DNA of 64,000 nucleotides, taken from Macrostomum lignano. Taxonomy: Eukaryota. Where the stretch lies: contig NIVC01000430.1 of NCBI GenBank assembly GCA_002269645.1, forward strand, positions 124,001-188,000. The letters run 5' to 3'. Of this stretch, positions 36,012 to 50,526 are shown one piece after another. The translations under genes and the position numbers were made by a program. The number at the start of each line of letters is the position of its first letter. Position 1 is the stretch's first letter. The notes beneath the pieces were generated by a model. The model did no database searches. It was not told where the DNA came from and was given only the letters and a program-made list of their open reading frames with translations.

Positions 36012-36569
36012 CCTTATTAATGGCCTGTTTGTGGCTTTTGAAAGTTCTGCGCTGATGCTATGGGGTATTTCCGCCCTAATCTGGCCACCCCAGGCAAAGT
36101 GATTCTATTTATTTCTCTGCAGTCAGCTTCTACCCAGCTCTAGCGCAGCCAATCACGTTCCAGTGGTTGCACTGGTTGTTCGATTGGATTTTGGGCATAT
36201 CCAAGTATCCAAGTGGGAGCGAGGGAGAGAGGGAGAGAGAGAAGGGGCTTCTTGAGCTCCGAGAGTGACAAGAAGGATTCTCATCAAGAGTTGAGGGTGC
36301 AAAATTTCTGTTTCTCTTAGACGAAAAATCGAGATTGAACGCAGCGGACGGTAAGGGGTGTCGAGAATGCTTTTAGTGCGTGTAATAACAGAAATATTCA
36401 GGACTATGCATTGCTCCGCTTACACGTTGCTACATATGCTGCTAAACTGCTAATATTGTGTTCACTCATAAAGTGCCATCTTTACACGTTAGTTTACCTG
36501 CGAGCTATGGGCGAGCTATATACCGGGACGAGGGAAGTGAGCTAGGGGAACCTATGGGACATAAGGGAA

Positions 36570-36586
36570 GAGGGGAGAGAAATGAG

Positions 36587-36635
<49 letters not shown>

Positions 36636-36940
36636 GGAGAGAGAAATGAAGAGAGGGAAAGAGAGAGGAAGACAGAGGGGGAAGAGAGACAGGAAAAGAG
36701 GGTAAGAGAGACAGGAAGAGAGTGGAAGAGAGACAGGAAGAGAGTGGAAGAGAGACAGGAAGAGAGTGGAAGAGAGACAGGAAGAGAGTGGAAGAGAGAC
36801 AGGAAGAGAGGGGAAGAGAGACAGGAAGAGAGTGGAAGAGAGACAGGAAGAGAGTGGAAGAGAGACAGGAAGAGAGTGGAAGAGAGACAGGAAGAGAGTG
36901 GAAGAGAGACAAGAAGAGAGGGGAAGAGAGACAGGAGGAG
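36570..36940. repeat. GA-rich tract and 22-bp repeat (AGAGAGACAGGAAGAGAGTGGA)
   Basis: Directly visible. Confidence 0.92.
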
Positions 36941-37617
36941 ATGCAGCAAACGGAATTTCTATATTTTTCTCTTACCTGTTTCCTTTTTATAGTTATTAGT
37001 TCTAATTTTCAGAGAACTCGTAAAAATCTACCATTTAGGTTCGTAAGCTAGGTAGTGTTAAAAAGTTCTCAAGTCATATCCTTGCAACATGTCATTAGTG
37101 AATAAGTAAAACCCCATCGCTCGTACTAGAGCAGATTGAGTGAATAATTACTGTGATAATGAACTATCATATTACACTCTCGTTAAAAAAGCATGGTTTC
37201 TGTGGGTGGCTCAGTGAGATCAGCTTAGCTCGCACTTCTTACTTAGTAGCTTGTAGCATCTTTTTTTAGCAACCGTTGCACCTAAATCGATCTGCTTGCT
37301 GATCGGAGGCTGCACTAGACTAGCTCCATCAGCGAAGTCCTCATCAGAGCCGAGTGGACAAGTTAAACAAAGCAAGACAGCTAGGGTTTTTTTCGCTTAG
37401 CTGATAAAAGTGCAAGCGATGAAGTTCTTCCTGTTCGCTTGGCCTTTACTGTCGTGGAACTATATTTTGGTATGTTTAAAAATTTTCAAGTCCCAAATGC
37501 GGCTTTCGGTTTTTGCGACACATTCCCTCACGATTCCGTAAACAGCAATGGCACTGCGGGCATCGCATACGCATAATACAGTAGTACAAGATTCTATGGA
37601 TTTGAAAACTAAGGCAC

Positions 37618-38636
37618 TTGTACACTAAGACACTAGGACACTAGGACACTTGGACACTAAGACACTTGGACACTAAGACACTTGGACACTAAGACACTTG
37701 GACACTAAGACACTTGGACACTAAGACACTTGGACACTAAGACACTTGGACACTAAGACACTTGGACACTAAGACACTTGGACACTAAGACACTTGGACA
37801 CTAAGACACTTGGACACTAAGACACTTGGACACTAAGACACTTGGACACTAAGACACTTGGACACTAAGACACTTGGACACTAAGACACTTGGACACTAA
37901 GACACTTGGACACTAAGACACTTGGACACTAAGACACTTGGACACTAAGACACTTGGACACTAAGACACTTGGACACTAAGACACTTGGACACTAAGACA
38001 CTTGGACACTAAGACACTTGGACACTAAGACACTTGGACACTAAGACACTTGGACACTAAGACACTTGGACACTAAGACACTTGGACACTAAGACACTTG
38101 GACACTAAGACACTTGGACACTAAGACACTTGGACACTAAGACACTTGGACACTAAGACACTTGGACACTAAGACACTTGGACACTAAGACACTTGGACA
38201 CTAAGACACTTGGACACTAAGACACTTGGACACTAAGACACTTGGACACTAAGACACTTGGACACTAGGACACTTGGACACTAGGACACTTGGACACTAG
38301 GACACTTGGACACTAAGACACTTGGACACTAAGACACTTGGACACTAAGACACTTGGACACTAAGACACTTGGACACTAAGACACTTGGACACTAAGACA
38401 CTTGGACACTAAGACACTTGGACACTAAGACACTTGGACACTAAGACACTTGGACACTAAGACACTTGGACACTAAGACACTTGGACACTAAGACACTTG
38501 GACACTAAGACACTTGGACACTAAGACACTTGGACACTAAGACACTTGGACACTAGGACACTTGGACACTAGGACACTTTGACACTAAGACACTTTGACA
38601 CTAAGACACTTGGACACTAAGACACTTGGACACTAG
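37618..38636. repeat. Highly homogeneous 16-bp minisatellite GACACTAAGACACTTG (two related 8-mers)
   Basis: Directly visible, about 63 copies. Confidence 0.98.
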
Positions 38637-39274
38637 GAGGTAGAAGCGTAAACACAGAGACACCGTGACCCTAAGCCAATAAATGCAATAGTACGAGTAA
38701 GTGTAAAACTATTTGAAGCAGCCTTTGCTGCGCAAAAGAGAAGGGAAAAGTTAAAACGGAAGCAGAGCATGTTAAGCATCGGTTTGTGGGGTTCTTTAAA
38801 AGCATGATCGGAAAGAAAAAGAAGCTGAAGACCCGAGAGCACACGCCGAGATTGAGGATGTGAAATCGAGCGTGAGAGAGCTGTCCCACTCGCTGACAGG
38901 ACGGCACGGCTATACGAGAATTCAGATAAGGAAGCTCGGATGAAGGGGGTTGATGAAGCGACGGGAAAGATTGTGTTCGCAGAGCTTGCAGCTCGGGCAG
39001 TTCTGTGGGGTATCGGAGCTTAGGTCAGAAGAAGCACTGACAAAACGGTGTTCGATCTATAGAATGCCTACAACTTGGCATTTAGCCAGGAAAACATCCA
39101 AGTACAAGGAAAATGTCATCGGCAGTGTAAACAGGGAATACAATTTTCTCACCCGAGAATTTGTTTTGCTACTTAATTCTTATTCATGTTTCTAGTCTAG
39201 CACAAGTTAAGCACAGTTGGTAGCGGTTAGTATGCAGTCTTTCGATTGGCAAGAACCGGGAGAGCGAGCTGCGC

Positions 39275-39860
39275 CTCCCCCCATAGCGCGCCCCTCCGAT
39301 GGCGCCCCCTCCCGATAGCGCCCCCTCCGATGGCGCCCCCCTGATAGCGCCCCCCCTGATAGCGCCCTCCCCCCGATAGCACCCTCCCCCTGATAGCGCC
39401 CCCCTGCTAGCACCCTCCCCCTGATAGCGCCCTCCCCCTGATAGCGCCCCCCCCTGATAGCGCCCCCCTGATAGCACCCTCCCCTGATAGCGCCCCCCCT
39501 GATAGCGCCCTCCCCCGATAGCGCCCCCTGCTAGCACCCTCCCCCTGATAGCGCCCCCTGCTAGCACCCTCCCCCTGATAGCGCCCTCCCCCGATAGCGC
39601 CCCCCTGCTAGCACCCTCCCCCTGATAGCGCCCTCCCCCCTGATAGCAACCTCCCCCTGATAGCGCCCCCTGCTAGCACCCTCCCCCTGATAGCGCCCTC
39701 CCCCTGATAGCACCCTCCCCCTGATAGCGCCCTCCCCTGATAGCGCCCTCCCCTGATAGCACCCTCCCCCTGATAGCACCCTCCCCCTGATAGCACCCTC
39801 CCTCTGATAGCGCCCTCCCCCTGATAGCACCCTCCCCCTGATAGCGGCCCCTCCGATGGA
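39275..39860. repeat. About 17-bp C-rich minisatellite (CCCCCTGATAGCGCCCT)
   Basis: Directly visible. Confidence 0.93.
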
Positions 39861-40294
39861 GCCCCCAACCCTATACTATATTTAAAAAATGAATTTGTAA
39901 ACTCGGCACGACGATCCATCATCAGTTTGGGGATATTCTAAAGTTTGTGTGACGTATTCTGTATTAATCTGATAATTTTTAGATCAACAGCTGCAGCAAT
40001 TTTTCCATGTAGAATGCACTTAAGTACTCAGCGGCCCTGCAGCTCTCTCTCTCTCTCTCTCTTCATTGATTCTATAGCAGGTAGGCCCCAGGCATGCGAG
40101 CCCATTCAAGCGTGAACAATGCCGAAGCTTGATGCTCAGACTGTAGCGGACATGGAGCTCAAATATACGGCATCTGGATATCTGAGAGCAGCAATATTAG
40201 CTCTGCGAACAGTACGGAGAGTGTGCACTGCCTGACAACGGGAGAGGCTGGGCCGCTGTACATCCTGCGTAAGTGTGTGTCTATTAACTTAGTA

Positions 40295-41275
<981 letters not shown>

Positions 41276-42044
41276 AATTAAAATTCCCGATGAACTTATA
41301 CAGTCACTAAGTCAGTCCAGATATTGCATCTGGTACTCCATGGAGCACAGCGCGGGTAGATAAGGATTCCGAGAGTCGCTAATGCGCTGCTGATAATAGA
41401 TTGAGGATTTCAAAGGGAAAAAAGGGGGATGCAGTGCTTCCTTACCAACGGGTGCTCCGAGTAAATAGCTCTGATCTGTTGCTAGAATGCTACAGTTGCA
41501 ATGTGAAATGCGCTTGAAGAAGAGAGATCGTATCCTGTATTAGTAAAGAGCAGGCTCTGCTTAAAAAGCAGAGCTCAATAGATATGAGCTACAGCAGTGG
41601 CATTTTTGGAATGAAAAGGGCATCTAAAAAAGATCACAGCCACTTATTTAACAATGCAGCGATTTAACTAGCTTCAGGTAGCTCGTGTTGCTGTGAAAAC
41701 AATTTTTACATGGTAAAATTGATTTTAAGAATCTAGAATGGCTTTCTTAGTCGTTGATAGGAATAGAGAAAATGAGGAGAGGAGAAGGGGTAGAGAGAGG
41801 TAAATAGAGAAGATCAAGAGGATGAGAGAAGGGCACCTCCTTTCCAAAAAAGCGCAGACACGGTTAAAGTACATCCAAAATTAATTAGATCAAGTGGTTA
41901 TAAAATTCCACAAGGATGAAAAGAGGAGTAAAAAAGTCACTGCAACAATAGTCGCACGCATTGAAATGCAAAAATACTAAGATAGAAAGAGTGTGCTAGT
42001 GTATGATGCCGTTCTTACTGAATGTGCATAAAATTAGTCGCTGG

Positions 42045-43270
42045 GAGAGAGGGACAGAGGGGAGGGAAAGCGAGAGAGGAGGGACAGAGATAGGGAGAGA
42101 CATAGAGAGGGAGGGAGAGGGAGAAGGAGAGAAGAGGGAGAGGAAGAGAGGAAGAGAGGGGAGAGGGCGAGAGAGGAGAGAGATAGAGAGAGAGGGATGG
42201 AGAGTGAGAGAGAGAGGGAGGGAGAGTGAGAGAGAGAGAGGGGACTCCTAGATTCTCCTATATTCTTCATGGACTCCTAAAAGGGTGCTTTAATAAAGTC
42301 GTCCATGGAGAGAGAGGGGGGAGAGGGAGGGAAATAGAGGGAGATAAATAGAGAGAGGAGGGGAGAAACGGTGAGAGAGAAGGGACAGACAGAGCATGGA
42401 CTCCTAAATTCAACTAGATTCTCTTATATTCTACATGGACTCCTAAAATGATTCTTAAATAAAGTCGTCCTTGGACAGAGAGAGGGAGAGAGGGAGAGAG
42501 ATGGAGAGGGAGAGAGGGAGAGAGATGGAGAGGGAGAGAGGGAGAGAGATGGAGAGGAAGAGAGGGAGAGAGGGAGAGAGATAGAGAGGGAGAGAGGGAG
42601 AGAGATGGAGAGGGAGAGAGGGAGAGAGATGGAGAGGGAGAGAGGGAGAGAGATAGAGAGGGAGAGAGGGAGAGAGATGGAGAGGAAGAGTGGGAGAGAG
42701 GGAGAGAGATAGAGAGGGAGAGAGGGAGAGAGATGGAGAGGAATAGTGGGAGAGAGGGAGAGAGATAGAGAGGGAGAGAGGGAGAGAGATGGAGAGGAAG
42801 AGAGGGAGAGAGGGAGAGAGATAGAGAGGGAGAGAGGGAGAGAGATGGAGAGGAAGAGTGGGAGAGAGGGAGAGAGATAGAGAGGGAGAGAGGGAGAGAG
42901 ATGGAGAGGAAGAGTGGGAGAGAGGGAGAGAGATAGAGAGGGAGAGAGGGAGAGAGATGGAGAGGAAGAGTGGGAGAGAGGGAGAGAGATAGAGAGGGAG
43001 AGAGGCAGAGAGATAGAGAGGGAGAGAGGGAGAGAGGGAGAGAGGGAGACAGGGAGAGAGATAGAGAGGGAGAGAGATAGAGAGATAGAGAGGGAGAGAG
43101 AGAGAGAGATAGAGAGGGAGAGAGGGAGAGAGATAGAGGGAGAGAGATAGAGAGGGAGAGAGGGAGAGAGGGAGAAAGATAGAGAGATAGAGAGGGAGAG
43201 AGGGAGAGAGGGAGAAAGATAGAGAGATAGAGAGGGAGAGAGGTAGAGAGATAGAGAGGGAGAGAGGGCA
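42045..43270. repeat. GA-rich purine tracts interrupted by a duplicated 75-bp unit (GGACTCCTA...AATAAAGTCGTCC)
   Basis: Directly visible; duplicated unit near 42240-42305 and 42400-42470. Confidence 0.88.
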
Positions 43271-44049
43271 GTGGAGGGGAGGGGAAGTAGACAGATCTCG
43301 TTCAAAGCGGTTGTATCTTCAAAATGTCCCTCAGAGCCCACCAGAAGCAGAAAAAATGCCCCTATCCTTTCAAGCAAATTGCCTCGCTTTCAGTGCTGCC
43401 TCTAATCAAGACGCGGCTGCTGGATTCACATGAAGCTGCAAAACAGCGGCTAGAGAAAGAAGCAAAAATATAAATTAATTGAAGCCGGGCAATGCTCAGC
43501 GAAGTGGAACGCGAGGACAGAAGCAAAAAAACATTGTTAAAAATCGCGCGTGCTCAGATGCAGCTCCGCGGGAGGCTGAGGTTGGCCCATAAATTTCTCA
43601 GATCCTATCGGTGTGTTTCTATGCGGCTTCCCAAGAGACGTTTCTTGGGGGGGGGGGGGCTTCTCTCCGAGTCTGTTTGTTAAACATTCGAAGATGGGAG
43701 AATAAAAATTAAGCAAAATTCCTTTTTTGCGTCTCACATCGCGAATAAAAAATTCTATACTTTTCGAGTTTTTTTGTTGAAATTTAATTTGAAAACTGTT
43801 TACGCGCATGATATGCACTTCTGGTTTGTTGTCCACAATGTGTCCGTGGAAGGCTGGGTAAGTGCACTTAATCCTTTTTAGTGATATTTTTATCCTTAGG
43901 AGAGGTCATGGGGGTCAGATGCCCTCCCTCTGACATTTGAGATTCACTATTGCTTTGCTAGCAATAGGGTACCATTCAGGAGAGGTCAAAGGGGTCATAT
44001 GCCCCCCCCCCCCTAGTTTATAATGTAGGAGGTCATGTTCTCTGAAAAA

Positions 44050-44390
44050 ATCTGAAGCATGCATTTAAACAACTGCAAGCTTATTCTGAATCATGCATTT
44101 AAACACCTGAGCACTTATTCTGAATCATGCATTTAAACACCTGAGCTCTTATTCTGAATCATGCATTTAAACACCTGAGCGCTTATTCTGAATCATGCAT
44201 TTAAACACCTGAGCGCTTATTCTGAATCATGCATTTAAACACCTGAGCACTTATTCTGAATCATGCATTTAAACACCTGAGCTCTTATTCTGAATCATGC
44301 ATTTAAACACCTGAGCTCTTATTCTGAATCATGCATTTAAACACCTGAGCGCTTATTCTGAATCATGCATTTAAACACCTGAGCGCCTAT
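44050..44390. repeat. 34-bp minisatellite (CTTATTCTGAATCATGCATTTAAACACCTGAGCG)
   Basis: Period 34 (44080 and 44114). Confidence 0.94.
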
Positions 44391-44829
44391 TGGCAGTCTG
44401 AGTGCACACGACCTTGCGTTGCGTCTTATCTCTGTCTCTCTCCCACCCTAGTCGAAGTTTCGTCGCTGAGACTTATGTGAATATCGCCTAATAAAAATTA
44501 TTAAGCATCACCCCAAAAAGTCTGCTCCAATTCTCTTCAAATAGTGCTGCGCGTATTTGAGGAAGCAAGGGACAACACGGAGCAGTCACGATCGGCAAAT
44601 ATCCCCATGGCTATGGGATTTAACTGCTCTAAGAATAATATTAGTGTCAACCGCATAAGGAAAAGTCACACACTGGTTTTGATAATTTAGTTTCAAGTCA
44701 CCTGACACAATTTTTTGAAATTTCAAAGCTTCGGATCCGAAGTTTGTAAAATTGATCTTTAAAAAAACTTCATTGCCTCCACTAAGTACGGAATGATAAG
44801 GTGTTACCTAAGATGTGTCCACTAATAAA

Positions 44830-45725
44830 CGGGGTGGCTCAAGGTTGTATCCACTGGCGATCAGGTTGGTTCAAGGTTGTATCCACTGGCGATCAGGTTG
44901 GTTCAAGGTTGTGTCCACTGGTGATCAGGTTGGTTCAAGGTTGTGTCCACTGGTGATCAGGTTGGTTCAAGGTTGTGTCCACTGGTGATCAGGTTGGTTC
45001 AAGGTTGTGTCCACTGGTGATCAGGTTGGTTCAAGGTTGTGTCCACTGGTGATCAGGTTCTTTCAAGGTTGTGTCCACTGGTGATCAGGTTGGTTCAAGG
45101 TTGTGTCCACTGGTGAACGGGGTGGCTCAAGGTTGTGTCCACTGGCGATCAGGTTGGTTCAAGGTTGTGTCCACTGGTGATCAGGTTGGTTCAAGGTTGT
45201 GTCCACTGGTGAACGGGGTGGCTCAAGGTTGTGTCCACTGGCGATCAGGTTGGTTCAAGGTTGTGTCCACTGGTGATCAGGTTGGTTCAAGGTTGTGTCC
45301 ACTGGTGATCAGGTTGGTTCAAGGTTGTGTCCACTGGTGATCAGGTTGGTTCAAGGTTGTGTCCACTGGTGAACGGGGTGGCTCAAGGTTGTGTCCACTG
45401 GCGATCAGGTTGGTTCAAGGTTGTGTCCACTGGTGATCAGGTTGGTTCAAGGTTGTGTCCACTGGTGAACGGGGTGGCTCAAGGTTGTGTCCACTGGCGA
45501 TCAGGTTGGTTCAAGGTTGTGTCCACTGGTGATCAGGTTGGTTCAAGGTTGTGTCCACTGGTGATCAGGTTGGTTCAAGGTTGTGTCCACTGGTGATCAG
45601 GTTGGTTCAAGGTTGTGTCCACTGGTGATCAGGTTGGTTCAAGGTTGTGTCCACTGGTGATCAGGTTGGTTCAAGGTTGTGTCCACTGGCGATCAGGTTG
45701 GTTCCAGCTCAAGGTTGTGTCCGCT
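44830..45725. repeat. 32-bp minisatellite (GGTTGGTTCAAGGTTGTGTCCACTGGTGATCA) with a 256-bp higher-order duplication
   Basis: Directly visible; identical ORF translations offset by 256 bp (45071 and 45327). Confidence 0.95.
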
Positions 45726-45929
45726 GGTGAGCGGGGTGTTTTAGAATTGTATTCGTTGACGCAATGAAATGGTACAAGTTCTAAATAGCCAAAAAGATTA
45801 ATTTGCAAAAGCCATTTTATTTATACGATTTGCGCAGATTACAAAAACGATCAACTTTGAACGGCACAAAAAATTCAGTCCTCACTAATCCCAGACAGTT
45901 GACTCAGTCACTCCGTGCTCCATGCCAGC

Positions 45930-48900
45930 TCACTGCTCACCCGAGATGGACACTGCAGCAATACGTCCAAACAGTTCCTTGTCGGGCTTGAGCAGCAACA
46001 ATTTCTCCTTGTACGAGAACAATCTGGTGTCGTTAACAACTTCGTTGAATGCCCGTCTGAGTTGGTTGATGCGTCTGCGCAGAGTTGACACCAGCACAGC
46101 GTAGCAGAACCCGGCTAGGAGACGGAACAGCAGAAGAAGAGCTATCAGCCAAGTGAGCGCCTTGGCCAGCACAGACGCCAGAGTGACTAATTGCATAGGT
46201 AGCATCATATATCGCTTTTTATATAGGCTTGTGTTTTTTCTCTCTGCTGTTCTATTGCACTTTCGGGGGTGCAGCTTGCAACGTTTTTACCATAGACAAC
46301 TAAGGAATCTTCAGTATAGCCAACCGATGCGAACGGGAGCTTCACAGGGCAAAATTGCATATTGGCTTTATAATGCGCATTCTATGGTCAGAATAATGGT
46401 CTCGAGGCGAGCAAAGCTAAAGCTCGTTAACAAAACATTATTGATCTTAGAGAGTTCTCCTGCGATATTTATACCAATCAATGCAAATCTCCAAGGCACA
46501 GAGAGTGTAACATGCCTGAAGATTAGAAAGTTATTACCCTGTGTGAGCGTGTGTATGAGTGCGTTCCTGCGTACAGTATAAGATAGCACCTCCATCAGAC
46601 AGCCACCCCATCAGACAGCCACCCCATCAGACAGCCACCCCATCAGACAGCCACCCCATCAGACAGCCACCCCATCAGACAGCCACCCCCACCAGACAGC
46701 CACCCCATCAGACAGCCACCCCATCAGACAGCCACTCCATCAGACAGCCACCCCCACCAGACAGCCACCCCATCAGACAGCCACCCCATCAGACAGCCAC
46801 CCCATCAGACAGCCACCTCATCAGACAGCCACCCCATTAGACAGCCACCCCATCAGACAGCCACCCCCACCAGACAGCCACCCCATCAGACAGCCACCTC
46901 CACCAGACAGCCACCCACACCAGACAGCCACCCCATCAGACAGCCACCCCATCAGACAGCCACCCCATCAGACAGCCACCCCTACCAGACAGCCACCCAC
47001 ACCAGACAGCCACCCCATCAGACAGCACCCCATCAGACAGCCACCCCATCAGACAGCCACCTCATCAAACAGCCACCCCATCAGACAGCCACCCTATCAG
47101 ACAGCCACCCCCACCAGACAGCCAGCCCATCAGACAGCCACCCCATCAGACAGCCACCCCATCAGACAGCCATCCCATCAGACAGCCATCCCATCAGACA
47201 GCCACCCCCACCAGACAGCCACCCCATCAGACAGCCACCCCCACCAGACAGCCACCCCATCAGACAGCCACCCCATCAGACAGCCACCCCATCAGACAGC
47301 CATCCCATCAGACAGCCAGCCCATCAGACAGCCACCCCATCAGACAGCCACCCCACCAGACAGTCATCCCCACCAGACAGCCACCCCATCAGACAGCCAC
47401 CCCATCAGACAGCCACCCCATCAGACAGCCACCCCATAAGATAACACCCATTAAAACAAAAGCAAAGCTTTGATTCTAAGCACATATACCATGACCAACA
47501 GTGCATAGTTTCTTTACGAGTAATTGGTAATTAATATTTACTTTAATAAAACTCATTTCTAGAGATATATTTCTAAAATAAAATGCCTATCATTTAAGCG
47601 TTGAAGCAAAGAAAGTGATGTAATAATAAGATTAATAAGAGTAATGAAATCCCCTAAATAAAAGTCTATTTTTGCAAGCGTACATGCAGCAACTCTATAG
47701 GCATAAGTTAGTAAATAATGGAATTAATAATTTACTATGGCTAATATACGTCGTTACAGAAGTCGGTTTTGCAGCGAATGCAACTGGAAAAAGTGCAGGT
47801 TGGACATTTCGGCTCGCAGTCGCCGCAGCCAGCGCTGACTGTCTGAAAAAGAATTAAAATTTCGAAATTTGTAGCATTCTACTACTTGTAGTAAAAATTC
47901 TAGAAACTTATCTGTATATTGTAAGTTACTGAAACATATATTCATTTTTTAGCTGATTTTATACATGCAACAAAGATAAGAGAAGTGAGACAGAGAGACA
48001 AGAGAGATGCCCATTAGAGACAGAGAGATACGTACCCATTAGAGAGACACAGATACCCATTAGAGAGACGGAGATACCCATTAGGGAGATAGAGAAATAC
48101 CCATCAGAGGCGCTCTATCTAATGTTAGAGTACCCAGCCTCAAATCGTCAGATCAGTACAAAACCCCTGCAGAAGAAAGAGTGCTGTTTTACCAAAACAA
48201 ATTTCCTGCAAGGGGAAATTGCTCACAGAGTAGTGCTCCTTCTTGGGATCGAAGAATTGTCCAGAATTCGAATTCGAGGTATGGGTGTAGGTCACCTCGA
48301 CTTTAACGTGGCATTCGAAAAATTTCCTGTGACATTCGCCGCGTATAGGCATGGCAGAGGTTGGCCAAATGCCCTGCCGCTTGTAATAGACGCATTTTAT
48401 TGCCTTGGTCGGCTGCTCTGCGGGCGCGGGTTCGAGTTCCTCTTCACTACACTCTACTCCTCCTAACTACACTCTACTCCTCCTAACTACACTCTACTCC
48501 TCTCAACTACTCTCTACTCCTCTCAACTACACTCTACTCCTCCTAACTACACTCTACTCCTCCTAACTACACTCTACTCCTCCTAACTACACTCTACTCC
48601 TTCTAACTACACTCTACTCCTCCCAACTACACTCTACTCCTCCCAACTACACTCTACTCCTCCCAACTACACTCTACTCCTCCCAACTACACTCTACTCC
48701 TCCTAACTACACTCTACTCCTAACTACACTCTACTCCTCCCAACTACACTCTACTCCTCCCAACTACACTCTACTCCTCCCAACTACACTCTACTCCTCC
48801 CAACTACACTCTACTCCTCTCAACTACACTCTACTCCTCCCAACTACACTCTAATACTCCCAACTACACTCTACTCCTCCCAACTACACTCTACTCCTCT

Positions 48901-49020
48901 CAACTACACTCTACTACTCTCAACTATATTTTACTCAAATCAACTTTAATAATATTCATACTTACGATTGAACAGTAAAAATAGTACAGTTATCACAACC
49001 GTGAACGCTGGTCTGGGCAT
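45930..49020 (-). CDS. Orphan 5-exon putative type I membrane protein (about 224 aa); exons 49020-48966, 48441(or 48417)-48193, 47842-47758, 46566-46538, 46186-45930 (or donor at 45941)
   Basis: GT-AG junctions with phases 1,1,2,1 all compatible; product MPRPAFTVVITVLFLLFNQ...KCVYY...GECHRKFFECHVK...EICFDSQRWLRRLRAEM...TLTQVTLASVLAKALTWLIALLLLFRLLAGFCYAVLVSTLRRRINQLRR... = signal peptide, 4-Cys ectodomain, TM helix, basic stop-transfer. No family recognised. Confidence 0.65.
46585..47440. repeat. 17-bp minisatellite (CATCAGACAGCCACCCC)
   Basis: Directly visible. Confidence 0.95.
48445..48930. repeat. 20-bp minisatellite (CTACTCCTCCCAACTACACT)
   Basis: Directly visible; fills intron 1 of the orphan membrane gene. 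Confidence 0.95.
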
Positions 49021-50526
49021 CTGTTGCCAATTAGCTTCTTTTATTAGGCAAAATTTTCTTCTTCCACCCAAGTCAAGATGAAAATAGCCTTTTCGCTTTG
49101 TTGGCACAAGCTGTAGTCTAACAGCAAAAATGTTAATATTGAGATTTTTTAGACATTTAGTGTTTTGCAATAGTCTATGGTTAAAACCAAAGTGCTTTAT
49201 TTTTATCACATCGTATCCTTGGTACTGGCGCCCCTTGGTGCTGGCGCCCCTTGATTAATATCTTTGATTAATATTGCATTTCACGACAGGAGTATAATAT
49301 ATATTCAGCCTAGTGACAGTAAGGGATAATTGCTACGTCGAATCCCCGATAATTAGAAGTTTTAGTAACTATAATTTTTTACGAATCGGTGATTTTTTAT
49401 GTACTTTTCACATGACCGAAGCCAAAAGCTCAGTCAGTCAGTCAGACAGTCACTGGCACTGCTCAGCAACTTCCTGACAAGGGAGCTTGGAGCATTGTGC
49501 AGAGCATGCCATAGTAAACCCTAATTACATGGTCACAAAGAAACTCCCCCCGTGTTGACCTAACCACGACTAATTCTAAAGTTAGCGAAACAAATATAAA
49601 AACGACTTTATATTGCATTAATCGAATTATAAACATTGCGCTTATATCTCGCAGAGAGTTTCCAAAAATTCTGGCGGCACAGCACAGACAAGGCAATAAT
49701 AGTCGTGGCAAGCAGCAAAAGGAAAAAGGCACCACCTTGGGCTGCGGCCTAGATGCCTCTTTGGATTGGACCGAGGGCCCGAATTCGTGCGCGTGCGCCG
49801 TGCGTTTTCTGTCTGTGAGGGAGAGGACGGGAGAGGAGGAAAGGAAAAAAAACTGGGCCGCCAGTCAACCCACGGCTTAAGCTTTAGTTCAGGTTCAACT
49901 GTTCAGGGAGCAGAACACAATCCAGTCGGCAAAGCCTGTCCAAAAATATTGTGTGTTGTGCAAAAGTTAAACTCTCCGCCTCCTCTCCCTCTCCTCTCAG
50001 CATGGATTGGATTGAAACCGGCGCTACCCTGGCGCGTATGTACATTCTAGCGGTGGGGAATCACGTGATCAAATTGTACACTAATCCATTGTACAGTGTC
50101 AGATAGAGTTTGGAAAAGGGAGAGAGGGAAAGAGAGAAAAAAGGGGGTGGCGGGGCGCAGTGCTAGCAGGCATTCACTACATACACATAACAGATTCTAC
50201 TTGGCTTAGTCCACTATCTCACACACGAACACTCCGCCTGCTGACTGAATATATTTTGGCACTGCATTTAAAACACAGAAACTCTTAAATTCATTGGGCT
50301 GGCAAAGAAGGCCGCCCCTCGGGCAAGATATAATAAATAAAGCGCTTTACTTTTTCAAAGCACATCAAACGAAGTTCTGTGCATTTGTCTGCTTACTCTT
50401 TGTGTTCAGACACAAATTTTCGACTGGTAAGAGTGAAAGAAACGAGAACAGCACTGAAGATTGAAGTTTTAACAATTCTGTCGTTGACGTTAGACATATA
50501 GCTTTATTTTAATATTAATTATTACA

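Noticed and set aside
38640-39200. Purine-rich stretch with broken protein-like frames
   Set aside because: Stops in all frames and no recognisable motif or termini; it may be a decayed TE but cannot be supported.
43960-44016. GGGG..CCCC hairpin followed by CTAG-T as a second Helitron 3' end
   Set aside because: No matching 5' TC terminus or A^T junction could be identified.
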